From: Candidatus Marinacidobacterales bacterium
GTDB lineage: Bacteria > Acidobacteriota > Vicinamibacteria > Marinacidobacterales > SMYC01
Assembly: GCA_965224085.1 (NCBI GenBank)
Contig: CBDCYI010000011.1
Span: 1-64,000, forward strand
Length of the DNA: 64,000 bases
Reading direction: 5' to 3'
A program made the position numbers and the translations under genes. The notes beneath the pieces are model-generated. The model was not told the DNA's origin and did not search any database. It was given only the letters and a program-made list of their open reading frames with translations. Below, one piece after another: positions 49,732-59,121 of this stretch. Position 1 is the first letter of the stretch. The number at the start of each line of letters is the position of its first letter.

Positions 49732-49887
49732 ATGACGGATAGACGAAATATTGAGCTGAAAGACTTGGAACCTATTGATAAAAAGAAGCTTCTAGACCGC
49801 TTGGAAGCTTTTCAAAACGGCCTTCCAGACCTCAAGAGAGCCGCTGCGGGAGAAGAACCACTGTTCTGTTTGGAGAACGAGCCGTGA
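49732..49887 (+). CDS. Small protein coupled to the amidase (possible GatC/AtzG-like partner)
   Basis: 51 aa ending EEPLF...EP; GTGA overlap with the amidase start. Confidence 0.45.
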   Translation: MTDRRNIELKDLEPIDKKKLLDRLEAFQNGLPDLKRAAAGEEPLFCLENEP

Positions 49888-51236
49888 GCAGGGCCGAGAC
49901 CCTCGTTTCCGTCCGCGACCGCCTCAACCGTCGGGAGTCGAGCTCCGAAGAGCTCGTTCGCGCTCAAATCGACCGGGCCGAGAAGCTCGATGCCCTGAAC
50001 GCGTTCATCACGCTCCTCCCCGAACGCGCGATTGAGGCAGCCCGCCGGTCGGATAGGGAGCGGGCCCGCGGTGAGCTTCGCGGGCCTATTCACGGCATCC
50101 CGATCACCGTAAAGGATTTGGTCCATTCAAAAGGGGTTCGGACCACGTCGGGCTCGAAAATCTTCGCCGAGCTCGTTCCTGACGAGGACGCGCCCTGTCT
50201 CGCCTCGCTCCTCGGGGCCGGCGCCGTGTTGTTGGGGAAAACCAACATGCACGAGCTCGCCTATGGGGTTACGAATGTGAACCCCCACTACGGGGCGGCG
50301 CGGAACCCGTGGGACACCGAGCGAATCTGCGGCGGCTCGAGCGGCGGCTCGGCGGTGTCCTTGGCAGCGGGCGTCGGCTTCGGCTCGATAGGCACCGATA
50401 CTGGAGGCTCGATCCGCATTCCATCGTCGCTTTGCGGCACGGTCGGACTCAAACCTACCTACGGTCAGGTGAGTCGCGAAGGGGTAACCCCGCTTTCGTG
50501 GAGCCTCGACCATGTCGGGCCGATGGCGCGCACCGTTGACGACGTGGCCCTACTCTACGAAGTGCTCACCGGGCGGCCCTTGCAGGAGCTTGAGGACGCT
50601 ACGAGCGCGGGGCCGCTCAAGCTCGGGATTCATGAGCGCTATTTCTTCGATAACCTATCCCCGGACGTCGAAGCTTCTGTGCGCGTGGCCATTGCGGAGC
50701 TCGAGCGTCTCGGCATGAAGCTCGTCGAAGTGGATATACCGGAGATCGAGCTCCAGACGACGTGTCGGAACACGATTGCGTTCTCGGAGGCGTCGTCCTT
50801 CCACGAAGACAACGTTCGCGCGCGTCCGGAGGATTACGGCGCGGACACCCTCGAGCTCCTACGGCTTGGCCTTCTGATCTCGGCGACGGACTACCTCGCC
50901 GCGACGCGAGCGCGGCGTCGCATCGTACGCGCTTTCCGGAAGGCCTTTCAGAAGATCGACATGTTCGTGACGCCCGCAACAGTTGCGGCAGCGCCCCGCA
51001 TCGGCGACACGACGCTCGATAACGGCGAAGAGCTCCGAAGCGGTCTGCTTCGTCTTTCGAGCCCCTTCAACACAACGGGCTTTCCCGCGGTGTCGCTGCC
51101 CTGTGGCTTCACGGAGGACGGCCGCCCGATGGGTCTTCAGCTTGCAGCAGCCCCGAACGATGAGAAGCGGCTTCTCGAGCTGGCGCGCGTTTACGAACGG
51201 AGTCAGGACTGGTCGCAGCGCGCCCCAGTGATATAG
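49884..51236 (+). CDS. Amidase-signature family enzyme
   Basis: HGIPITVKD, GKTNMHE, GGSSGGS, GTDTGGSIRIP. Confidence 0.93.
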   Translation: MSRAETLVSVRDRLNRRESSSEELVRAQIDRAEKLDALNAFITLLPERAIEAARRSDRERARGELRGPIHGIPITVKDLVHSKGVRTTSGSKIFAELVPDEDAPCLASLLGAGAVLLGKTNMHELAYGVTNVNPHYGAARNPWDTERICGGSSGGSAVSLAAGVGFGSIGTDTGGSIRIPSSLCGTVGLKPTYGQVSREGVTPLSWSLDHVGPMARTVDDVALLYEVLTGRPLQELEDATSAGPLKLGIHERYFFDNLSPDVEASVRVAIAELERLGMKLVEVDIPEIELQTTCRNTIAFSEASSFHEDNVRARPEDYGADTLELLRLGLLISATDYLAATRARRRIVRAFRKAFQKIDMFVTPATVAAAPRIGDTTLDNGEELRSGLLRLSSPFNTTGFPAVSLPCGFTEDGRPMGLQLAAAPNDEKRLLELARVYERSQDWSQRAPVI

Positions 51237-51255
51237 TTCGCCGCCGGAGGTCTGG

Positions 51256-52035
51256 ATGTTATTGGAAGGGAAGCGTGGTCTCATCGTCGGCATCGCCAAC
51301 AAGCGCTCGATCGCCTGGGGCATTGCGCAGTCGGTGGCGCGCGAAGGGGCGCGTCTCGCGGTCACCTATCAGGGAGAGCGTCTCGAATCGCGTGTGCGCA
51401 CGCTCGCGGACGAGCTCACCGATCCGGTTATTTTGCCGCTCGATGTGACCAACGACGATGAGATGGACGCTGCCGCTAAGACCATTCAATCGCAGATGGG
51501 TGGGCTCGATTTCTTGGTTCACGCGGTTGCTTTCGCGCTCCGGGAGGAGCTCGATGGCGAGTTCGTCGACACGTCTCGCGAAGGTTTCCGCATCGCCCAC
51601 GATATCTCTGTTTTTTCGTTAACCGCCTTGACCAAACGTGCCGTACCGCTGATGGGAGAGGGCGGCAGCATCATCACGCTGAGTTATTTGGGCGGGGAGC
51701 GCGTCGTGCCAAACTACAACGTCATGGGCGTTGCGAAGGCCGCACTCGAAATGTCCGTGCGCTATTTAGCGGTCGACCTCGGACCGAAGGCGATTCGCGT
51801 CAATGCGATCTCCGCAGGTCCGATCAAGACCTTGGCGTCATCGGGGGTGCACGGGATCTCGAAGATGCTCGCATTCCACCGGAGCCATGCGCCCTTGAGG
51901 CGCAACACCGAGCAAGCGGAAGTCGGCGATACGGCGGCGTTTTTGGCCTCGGATCTCTCTCGCGGCATCACTGGCGAAGTGATCTATGTGGACGGCGGCT
52001 ACAACGTGCTCGGTACCGTCTTTCCACCGTCATGA
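51256..52035 (+). CDS. fabI: Enoyl-ACP reductase
   Basis: GIANKRSIAWGIA, YNVMGVAKAALE, SAGPIKTLA. Confidence 0.95.
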   Translation: MLLEGKRGLIVGIANKRSIAWGIAQSVAREGARLAVTYQGERLESRVRTLADELTDPVILPLDVTNDDEMDAAAKTIQSQMGGLDFLVHAVAFALREELDGEFVDTSREGFRIAHDISVFSLTALTKRAVPLMGEGGSIITLSYLGGERVVPNYNVMGVAKAALEMSVRYLAVDLGPKAIRVNAISAGPIKTLASSGVHGISKMLAFHRSHAPLRRNTEQAEVGDTAAFLASDLSRGITGEVIYVDGGYNVLGTVFPPS

Positions 52036-52376
52036 GATTCGTCGTCACCGACGACATCTTCGCGACCTTTCCCGATGTGCGCATCGGGGTTCTCGTAGCG
52101 CGCGGGATAAAAACCCCGCCTAGCTTCGATTTGAGCGACGCGCTCGCGGCGGCCCAAGAGAGGGTGCGGACGTCGCTCGCGGGCACGAACGTCACCGACC
52201 ACCCTCGGATCCACTCTTGGCGGGAGGCTTGTGGACGAGGCCATACTCGACCATTTCCGCCGCGCGACCTCTCTAACAATCTAAACAATCTACGCCTCTC
52301 GAAACAAGTGCTCCGTAGAGCCGAGAAAGAAGCGGGTCTCGCGCACCACAAGCGCGACTCAAAGAGCATTCTCTAG
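52032..52376 (+). pseudogene. Truncated B3/B4 (tRNA-editing-like) domain gene
   Basis: Recognisable up to HPRIHSWREA (~52230), then unrelated sequence. Confidence 0.65.
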
Positions 52377-52644
52377 TCCACGTCGCCACAACCCGGCAGC
52401 CGGATGGTCTCGCGTTCGATGCCGTTACGGCACCTTATTGTATTCCGTCCATGCAAGCGCTTGTTGGCAGGAAACCCCTCGTCGCGTAGGCGATTCACTA
52501 CGTCGGAACCCTCAAGTGCGGGCGCGAACGCGTGCGGACCAGGTTGCAAGGGTCGTAACTACCTTGCGCGCAAGGAGATTGGGCCACAGACACGAGACCT
52601 GGGCGCCGGAACGGATCTTGCTTTGCTCTCGAGGGGACCAATTG

Positions 52645-53547
52645 ATGAGTGCGGCAGACAAGGACACCCTAGTCGGGAAGCGTTTGCGTGAATACGTTAT
52701 TCTCGAGCTGATCGGCAGGGGCGGGATGGCGAAAGTCTATAAGGCGCGCCACGCTCTCCTCGACGAAATCCGCGCGATCAAATTCCTTCGGCCGGAGCTC
52801 TGCGAACATAAAGAGAGCGTCGCGCGCTTCCACCGCGAAGCTCGAGTCATGGTGCGGGTAAAGAACCGGCACGTGGTGACGCTCTACGAGTTCGGAACGG
52901 TGGGCAGCGAGCTCTTCTTCCTCGTGATGGAGTTTCTGCGGGGGGAAAGTCTCCGAAAGCGCCTCCGGAGCAAGAGCTGGGTCCCGACCGCCGAAGCGGT
53001 GCGCATCGTGAAGCAAGTTGCGCTCGGTCTTGTCGACGCGCACAAGCTCGGGATCGTCCATCGGGACATTTCGCCCGACAACATCCTCATCGTTCCGGAA
53101 GAAGGCGGGGAGATCGTGAAGGTCATCGATTTCGGCATCGCGAAGAGCATGGCGCCCGGAAGCGCCAAGATCACCCAAGCGATGAAGTTGGTGGGCAAAG
53201 CGGAATATGTCGCACCCGAGCAGATCTACGCCCCCACAGGCGACGATGACCGCGCCGTGGATGGTCGTACCGATATCTACTCACTCGGCGTGACTTTCTA
53301 CGAGCTGCTCGTCGGTGTGAAACCGTTCGAAGCGTCGAACTCCAAAGCGCTGCTCGCGAAACACCTCACCGAGGAGCCGAAGAGTTTTTCGGAGGCAAAC
53401 CCTCTCGTCCGTGTCCCGCCCGCCATCGAGAGCCTCGTCTTGCGCATGCTCGCAAAGAGTCCATCGGATCGACCCGCCTCTATGGAGCGGTTGTACATGG
53501 AACTCGCGGCGCTCGCGCATGACGCGCCGATGTTGACGCCGGTTTAG
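52645..53547 (+). CDS. Hanks-type Ser/Thr protein kinase (kinase domain only)
   Basis: IGRGGMAKVY, AIK, HRDISPDN, DFG, YVAPE, DIYSLG. Confidence 0.93.
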   Translation: MSAADKDTLVGKRLREYVILELIGRGGMAKVYKARHALLDEIRAIKFLRPELCEHKESVARFHREARVMVRVKNRHVVTLYEFGTVGSELFFLVMEFLRGESLRKRLRSKSWVPTAEAVRIVKQVALGLVDAHKLGIVHRDISPDNILIVPEEGGEIVKVIDFGIAKSMAPGSAKITQAMKLVGKAEYVAPEQIYAPTGDDDRAVDGRTDIYSLGVTFYELLVGVKPFEASNSKALLAKHLTEEPKSFSEANPLVRVPPAIESLVLRMLAKSPSDRPASMERLYMELAALAHDAPMLTPV

Positions 53548-53610
53548 AGGGTCCCGACGAACCTTGGCAAGGTCGGACGCGTGGGGCGAGGCTCTGATAA
53601 CATCGCGTCC

Positions 53611-54783
53611 GTGCCGACCAGCTTTTCGCGATCGCTCCGCTCTCTCGAAGCCGACCGCTTCGGCGGGAGCCTAATCGGGGTTGCAGTGGGACTTTCGCTC
53701 CTCGCGGCGTGGCTCACGTGGTTCGTGTTCGCTCGCGTCGCGCTCTACGAAGTTTCCGATGTCGCTCGGCTCGAAGTCGATGTCGAGCCGCACGAGGTGA
53801 TGAGCCTCATATCCGGGCGCGTTATCCGCAACGAAATGGTGCTCGGGCGAGAGTTCGAAAAAGGGGAGCTTCTCGTAGCGCTCGATGCGATCGAGACGCA
53901 ATACGAGCTCAAAGAAACGGCCGCCGAAGCTCGCGGGGGAGCGGATCAGCTGGAGCGTCTCCGTCTCGAGATATCCGCGCAACGTCAAGCGCTCGATTCG
54001 TCCGAGCGCGCCTCCCGCTCGGCGCTCGCGGAAGCCCGGGCGCGTCACCAGGAGGCGCTCGAGTCCGCCGAGTTTGCCGCGCAATCCGCAACGCGCCAAG
54101 CGAGACTCCACGAAGAAGGCTTGCTCGCCGAAGCCGAGGCCGATGCGGCCGCCACGGCTCACCTGCAGCGCGTGAAGGCCGCGCAAGCACTCGAGAGCTC
54201 CGTCGAGCGGATGGACCGCGAGTGGCAGGTCGGACTCGCCGAAAAGCGCGCGGAGCTCGAGAGCCTCGAGCGCGAGCTCTCTCGACTCGAGTCGACGGTA
54301 GAGAGCCTCGATGCCGTTTCCGACCGTCTCGAGCACGGCCTGTCGTTGCATCAGCTGCGCGCTCCGGTGGCCGGTCGCATTGGTGACCTCGTGACCCTCA
54401 AAGTTTCCGAGGTGGTCTCGGCGGGACAACACCTGGGCACGATCATTCCATTTGGCGACGTTCACGTCGTCGCCGAGTTCGCTCCTCACCGTGCGCTCGG
54501 ACGTATTCGATCGGGTCAGCGCGCGAAGCTGCGTCTCGAGGGGTTTTCGTGGGTCCAGTATGGCGCCGTGCCGGCGACGGTGAGCCGCGTCGGTAGCGAG
54601 CCGAGCGGCGGCACCATCCGGGTCGAGTTCAGACTCGATGATCCCGATGCGTTTCCCGTCGATCTCGGTCACGGCCTGCCGGGTATCCTCGAAGTTGAGG
54701 TCGAGCGAATCTCGCCGGTCGCGCTCGTTCTCCGAGCTGCCGGCAATACGCTGTCGAGCCCCGTTCTGCCGGGTGTGCGATGA
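53611..54783 (+). CDS. HlyD family membrane-fusion protein
   Basis: N-terminal TM, coiled coil, LRAPVAG, GFSWVQYG, VEVERISP. Confidence 0.85.
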   Translation: MPTSFSRSLRSLEADRFGGSLIGVAVGLSLLAAWLTWFVFARVALYEVSDVARLEVDVEPHEVMSLISGRVIRNEMVLGREFEKGELLVALDAIETQYELKETAAEARGGADQLERLRLEISAQRQALDSSERASRSALAEARARHQEALESAEFAAQSATRQARLHEEGLLAEAEADAAATAHLQRVKAAQALESSVERMDREWQVGLAEKRAELESLERELSRLESTVESLDAVSDRLEHGLSLHQLRAPVAGRIGDLVTLKVSEVVSAGQHLGTIIPFGDVHVVAEFAPHRALGRIRSGQRAKLRLEGFSWVQYGAVPATVSRVGSEPSGGTIRVEFRLDDPDAFPVDLGHGLPGILEVEVERISPVALVLRAAGNTLSSPVLPGVR

Positions 54784-54851
54784 CGGGTGACGGCCTGTTT
54801 CGCGAATCGCATGATTCAGGATCTATATGAGACAGCTCGTCGAACAGGTAT

Positions 54852-56123
54852 GTGAAGCCGCGGCTTCGGGGAGATGACGCGTTGTCGCGAGAAAGCGATC
54901 TCATCTACGACTGGAATCGGGTCGATCCTTCCGCTTTGGAAAAGCCCCCCAAGGCAATCGAGTTCGACGACGAGACCCTCCGTGATGGATTGCAAAGCCC
55001 GTCGGTCCTTTCCCCACCCATCGAGTCGAAGGTCGAGATTCTTCACCTGATGGCTTCGCTCGGGATTCAGTCCGTCAATATCGGTCTGCCTGGTGCTGGG
55101 CCGCACGTACAGAAACAAGTGCTACGCCTCGCGAACGAGATCGTCGACCAAAAGCTCGCGCTCGTCCCCAATTGTGCGGCACGCACTCTCGAGGCCGACA
55201 TCCGTCCCATCGTCGAGATCTCGCAAAAGGTCGGGATCCCTATCGAAGCTGCGACGTTCATCGGCTCGAGTCCCATCCGTCAATATGCGGAGAACTGGGG
55301 GCTCGACAAGCTCGTGAAACATACTGAGTCCGCGGTGCGCTATACGGTCGAGAACGGTCTTCCGAATATGTACGTCACCGAAGATACGATTCGCGCGACG
55401 CCCGAAACGATTCGAAAACTCTACACTACCGCTATCGAATGTGGGGCGCGGCGGGTCGTGCTCACCGATACGGTCGGTCACGCCACTCCGCGAGGGGTGA
55501 AAGCGCTCGTGGCATTCATGCAGCAAGTCGTCGCGGATAGCGGTGAAGACGTCAAGATCGACTGGCATGGGCACCGCGATCGCGGGCTGTCCGTCCCGAA
55601 CAGTTTGGCGGCAATCGAGGCGGGTGTCGATCGCGTCCACGGTTGCGCGCTCGGCATCGGTGAGCGCTGCGGCAATACGCCGATGGACATCTTGCTGGTG
55701 AACTTGAAGCTCTTGGGTTGGATCGACAACGACTTGAGCCGCCTCGCTGAATATTGTCGCGTGGTCTCGTTGGCGGTGGGCGTTCCTATTGCTGCGAATT
55801 ATCCAGTCGTCGGGGAAGACGCCTTCCGGACGGGAACCGGCGTACACGCGGCCGCGGTGGTCAAGGCTCTCAACAAACAAGATTCTTGGCTCGCCGACCG
55901 TGTTTATTCCGGTGTCCCGGCGGGCGAGTTCGGTCTCGAACAAAGAATCGAAGTCGGTCCGATGAGCGGTCTGTCGAACGTGCACTATTGGCTAAGCTCG
56001 CGAGGACTGCCTGTCGAGGACGCCATCGTCCAGGCGATTTTCCACAAAGCCAAAGCGTCGAACCGCGTTCTCGAAGACGCGGAGATCGAACAGGTTGCGC
56101 GCGATTTCGGCGAGCGCGCCTGA
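54852..56123 (+). CDS. LeuA-like DRE-TIM acyl-condensing synthase without regulatory domain
   Basis: DETLRDGLQ, DTVG, HGHRDRG, GIGERCGN. Confidence 0.85.
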   Translation: MKPRLRGDDALSRESDLIYDWNRVDPSALEKPPKAIEFDDETLRDGLQSPSVLSPPIESKVEILHLMASLGIQSVNIGLPGAGPHVQKQVLRLANEIVDQKLALVPNCAARTLEADIRPIVEISQKVGIPIEAATFIGSSPIRQYAENWGLDKLVKHTESAVRYTVENGLPNMYVTEDTIRATPETIRKLYTTAIECGARRVVLTDTVGHATPRGVKALVAFMQQVVADSGEDVKIDWHGHRDRGLSVPNSLAAIEAGVDRVHGCALGIGERCGNTPMDILLVNLKLLGWIDNDLSRLAEYCRVVSLAVGVPIAANYPVVGEDAFRTGTGVHAAAVVKALNKQDSWLADRVYSGVPAGEFGLEQRIEVGPMSGLSNVHYWLSSRGLPVEDAIVQAIFHKAKASNRVLEDAEIEQVARDFGERA

Positions 56124-56906
56124 ATGACCATCCATCCTACTGCCATCGTCGACAACGAAGCCCGCCTTGCCGAGAACGTCACGATTGGTCCATACGTGGT
56201 CGTGGAGGGCGATGTCGAGGTCGGCGAAGGCACGGCGGTCGGCGCGCACGCGGTTTTGAAGACCGGACTACGTCTCGGAAAGCGGGTGACGGTAAACGAG
56301 GCGGCGGTGCGCGGCGGATTCCCGCAGGATCTCAAGTTCTCCGGCGCTCGGAGCTATGCGGTCGTGGAGGATGGTGCGACGATCCGCGAGTTCGTCACCA
56401 TCCATCGAAGCGGGCACGAAGACGGCGTCACCCGGGTCGGGCGCAACTGTTTCATCATGAGCTACGCGCACGTCGCTCATGATTGCGACATTGGAGACGA
56501 CGCCATCATCGCAAGCTATACGGCGTTGGGCGGGCACATCCGCATCGGACCCAGAGCCTTCGTCTCGGGCGGCGTGGTGATTCATCAGTTCACGCGCGTC
56601 GGCGAGCTCGCAATGGTTGGTGGTGGCTCCAAAGTGAATCTCGACGTGCCGCCATTCGTCATTGTCGACGGCGTTCCCGCTAGAGTTATTGGGCTCAATA
56701 CGGTCGGGCTTCGACGCGCGGGCGTCGCGGCAGAAGAAGTCAAAACTTTGAAGCTCGCCTACCGAGCTCTGTTTCGCGAGAAGCGGCCTTTGGAGCAAGC
56801 ACTTTCCCAATTGGATGGTTTGGATGGCGAGCTCTGCGCGAAAATGGCAGCGTTTTTCAGAGGGAGTGAGCGTGGAGTCTGTTGCGCTCGGGCCGCGAAA
56901 CGTTGA
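56124..56906 (+). CDS. lpxA: Acyl-ACP--UDP-GlcNAc O-acyltransferase
   Basis: Hexapeptide repeats, PQDLKF, IREFVTIHR, HVAHDC, HQF, DVPPF, GLNTVGLRR. Confidence 0.92.
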   Translation: MTIHPTAIVDNEARLAENVTIGPYVVVEGDVEVGEGTAVGAHAVLKTGLRLGKRVTVNEAAVRGGFPQDLKFSGARSYAVVEDGATIREFVTIHRSGHEDGVTRVGRNCFIMSYAHVAHDCDIGDDAIIASYTALGGHIRIGPRAFVSGGVVIHQFTRVGELAMVGGGSKVNLDVPPFVIVDGVPARVIGLNTVGLRRAGVAAEEVKTLKLAYRALFREKRPLEQALSQLDGLDGELCAKMAAFFRGSERGVCCARAAKR

Positions 56907-56943
56907 CGCTCAGCTCGAATCGTTCGGCCAAGAACCGAGCCCA

Positions 56944-57417
56944 CTATAACCAGCGGCGGACTTCGGACTTGTAGCTGAGATAGGTGTCGCCGAAGGCGCG
57001 CTCCAGATAGGCTTCTTCGCGAGCGATGACTTGTCGGTTCATTACGATGAGAAGCGGCACGAGCAGCAGAATCACCCACAAGCTGTTCGTCCAGAGTCCA
57101 ATCCCGAGATAGGACGTCATGAGCGACACATAGAGCGGGTTGCGCGTGAAGCGGTAGGGCCCGCTGGTCACAATCGTCGAGCTTGGCTGATCGGGTCGGA
57201 TCGTCGTCTCGTGGCGGCGCAGCTCGCGGAAGCCGGAGACCATGATCGCGATCGCGACAACGACAAAAGCGATCCCGAGCACTGTCGCGTAAGACGGCGG
57301 CACGACGGCGAGAGGCCGCACTCGGGAAAGTAGCAGTCCCGCGACGAGAAAGCTCAAATAAATGAACGGCGGTGGAAAGCGGATGCCAGCGTGATCTTCA
57401 CTCACCCCTTTACTCAT
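56944..57417 (-). CDS. Isoprenylcysteine carboxyl methyltransferase family membrane protein
   Basis: PPP, SGPYRFTRNPLY, REEAYLERAFG, VRRWL. Confidence 0.88.
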   Translation of the reverse strand: MSKGVSEDHAGIRFPPPFIYLSFLVAGLLLSRVRPLAVVPPSYATVLGIAFVVVAIAIMVSGFRELRRHETTIRPDQPSSTIVTSGPYRFTRNPLYVSLMTSYLGIGLWTNSLWVILLLVPLLIVMNRQVIAREEAYLERAFGDTYLSYKSEVRRWL

Positions 57418-57543
57418 ACCGCAACGGAGTCGCCGGCGCAATCCGAGTCGCGTCGCGATCGGGTTCCGGTTTCTCGTCGCCATGGACGGGCGGGCGGGCG
57501 GCCGCTACACTCGATCCAGACCTTTTGGAAAACGGACGAATCG

Positions 57544-59112
57544 ATGCGTGTCGCTATCTTCCACGGCTTCGAGCTCACCGGCTCGGGCAGCAACGAGTAC
57601 ACACGCTATCTGTCGCGCGCGCTGGCCCGGCAAGGCCACGACGTCCACGTCCTGTGCCGCGAGCCCGATCCGGCGGCTATCCCGCACGTGGCGCGTGCCT
57701 TTGCTTGGGATGCGTCGGGAAAGAACCGACGGCTCTTCTCGCGTGACGCCGGAGACGAAGGCGTAACGCTCCACCAGCTTGCGAACGGGGCGGTGCGACC
57801 CGTCTACGTCACCGACAAACAACGCGCCGGCAACGTGAAAGCGTTCGAGTCGCTGACGGATGACGAGCTCTCCGCATATCACGCGGAGAGCGTGCGCCTC
57901 GTCGACCTTGTTTTGCGCGAGCACCCCGTCGAGCTCGTGCACGCGAACCATCTCGTATGGCAGCCATGCGTACTCGCCGAAACGTCGCATCCGTTCATCG
58001 TGTTTCCTCACGGGAGCGCTATCGAGTACACCATCCGGAGAGACGACCGCTATCGCGGCCACGCCGCGATAGCGCTCAGTGCTTCGAGGGGCATCATCAG
58101 TGGGAACCAGGAAGTGCTCGATCGCATTCTCGACCTCTATCCCGACGAGCGTGACGCGCTGCAGGCGAAGGGCACCATCGTGGGTGTGGGCGTCGATACG
58201 TCGCTATTTCGTCCCGTGATCCGCTCCGAGCGCAGGGAGACGGTGTCCCGGGTCCAGGGGGCTCTCGGGGGGAAGACGGTCGCGCAATCCCGCGAGCTCG
58301 TCGAACGGCTCGAACGGGGAGAGCTCGATGCGGTGACGCGGTACTGCGGAGCGTATGACCAGGCCGTCTCCGACGAGCAAGTGAAGGAGAAGATCGCGCG
58401 CATTCCCTGGGATGAAGGCCGGGTACTGCTTTTCGTCGGTGCGCTTACGGCTGGGAAGGGAATCCAAACGCTTTTGTGCGCACTACCGGCGATCCTGCGT
58501 GAGCATTCGGATACGCATCTCGTTATTGTTGGGAGCGGCGCCTATCGCGAAGTTCTCGAGGCATTGGTCCATGCGAACGCGGCCGGCCGGCAGGGACTGT
58601 TCGACTATCTCGTCGCCCATGGCTTCGACCTCGACCGCAGCGAGCTTACCGGTAGCTGGGAAGGGCTTTCGGGCGCGGTGCCCACTTATCCCGGCTTCGA
58701 AGAACACGTACACTTTCTCGGCCGACTCCCTCATGCGCTGTTGCAGTTCGTCGCGCCGTGTGCGGACCTTGCCATCTTTCCTTCCGTCCTGCCCGAAGCC
58801 TATCCTCTCGTTCTGATGGAGTCGCTCGCGGCCGGTGTCCTCCCGCTCGTTTCTGATTTCAGCGGGTTCGCCGACGGGCTGAATCAGCTCGAGGGATTTC
58901 TCGGAAGAGAGCTGACCGACCGGCTCCGCCTGCCTTTCGATCCGGACGATCGCGTCGAAGGCTTGGTCGATAGGGTTTGCGGCTTGTTGAGGGACTTCCC
59001 TGACGAAGAGACCCAAGGGCGATTGCGGACCGTGGCCGTCGAGCACTTCGACTGGGACATCCGGGCCCGCGAGATGGCGGCCGCTTATCTTCGCTTCGCT
59101 GCGCCAAGCTAG
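57544..59112 (+). CDS. Glycosyltransferase family 4
   Basis: GSGSNEY, GHDVHV, FVGALTAGKG, FPSVLPEAYPLVLMESLAAG. Confidence 0.88.
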   Translation: MRVAIFHGFELTGSGSNEYTRYLSRALARQGHDVHVLCREPDPAAIPHVARAFAWDASGKNRRLFSRDAGDEGVTLHQLANGAVRPVYVTDKQRAGNVKAFESLTDDELSAYHAESVRLVDLVLREHPVELVHANHLVWQPCVLAETSHPFIVFPHGSAIEYTIRRDDRYRGHAAIALSASRGIISGNQEVLDRILDLYPDERDALQAKGTIVGVGVDTSLFRPVIRSERRETVSRVQGALGGKTVAQSRELVERLERGELDAVTRYCGAYDQAVSDEQVKEKIARIPWDEGRVLLFVGALTAGKGIQTLLCALPAILREHSDTHLVIVGSGAYREVLEALVHANAAGRQGLFDYLVAHGFDLDRSELTGSWEGLSGAVPTYPGFEEHVHFLGRLPHALLQFVAPCADLAIFPSVLPEAYPLVLMESLAAGVLPLVSDFSGFADGLNQLEGFLGRELTDRLRLPFDPDDRVEGLVDRVCGLLRDFPDEETQGRLRTVAVEHFDWDIRAREMAAAYLRFAAPS

Positions 59113-59121
59113 GGGGAGCTC

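Noticed and set aside
49884-51236. Calling the amidase gatA
   Set aside because: No gatB nearby, and only general amidase-signature motifs are visible.
52404-52691. Cys-containing ORF as a RiPP precursor for the HlyD
   Set aside because: No double-glycine leader or clear SD; it overlaps the kinase start; no modification enzymes nearby.
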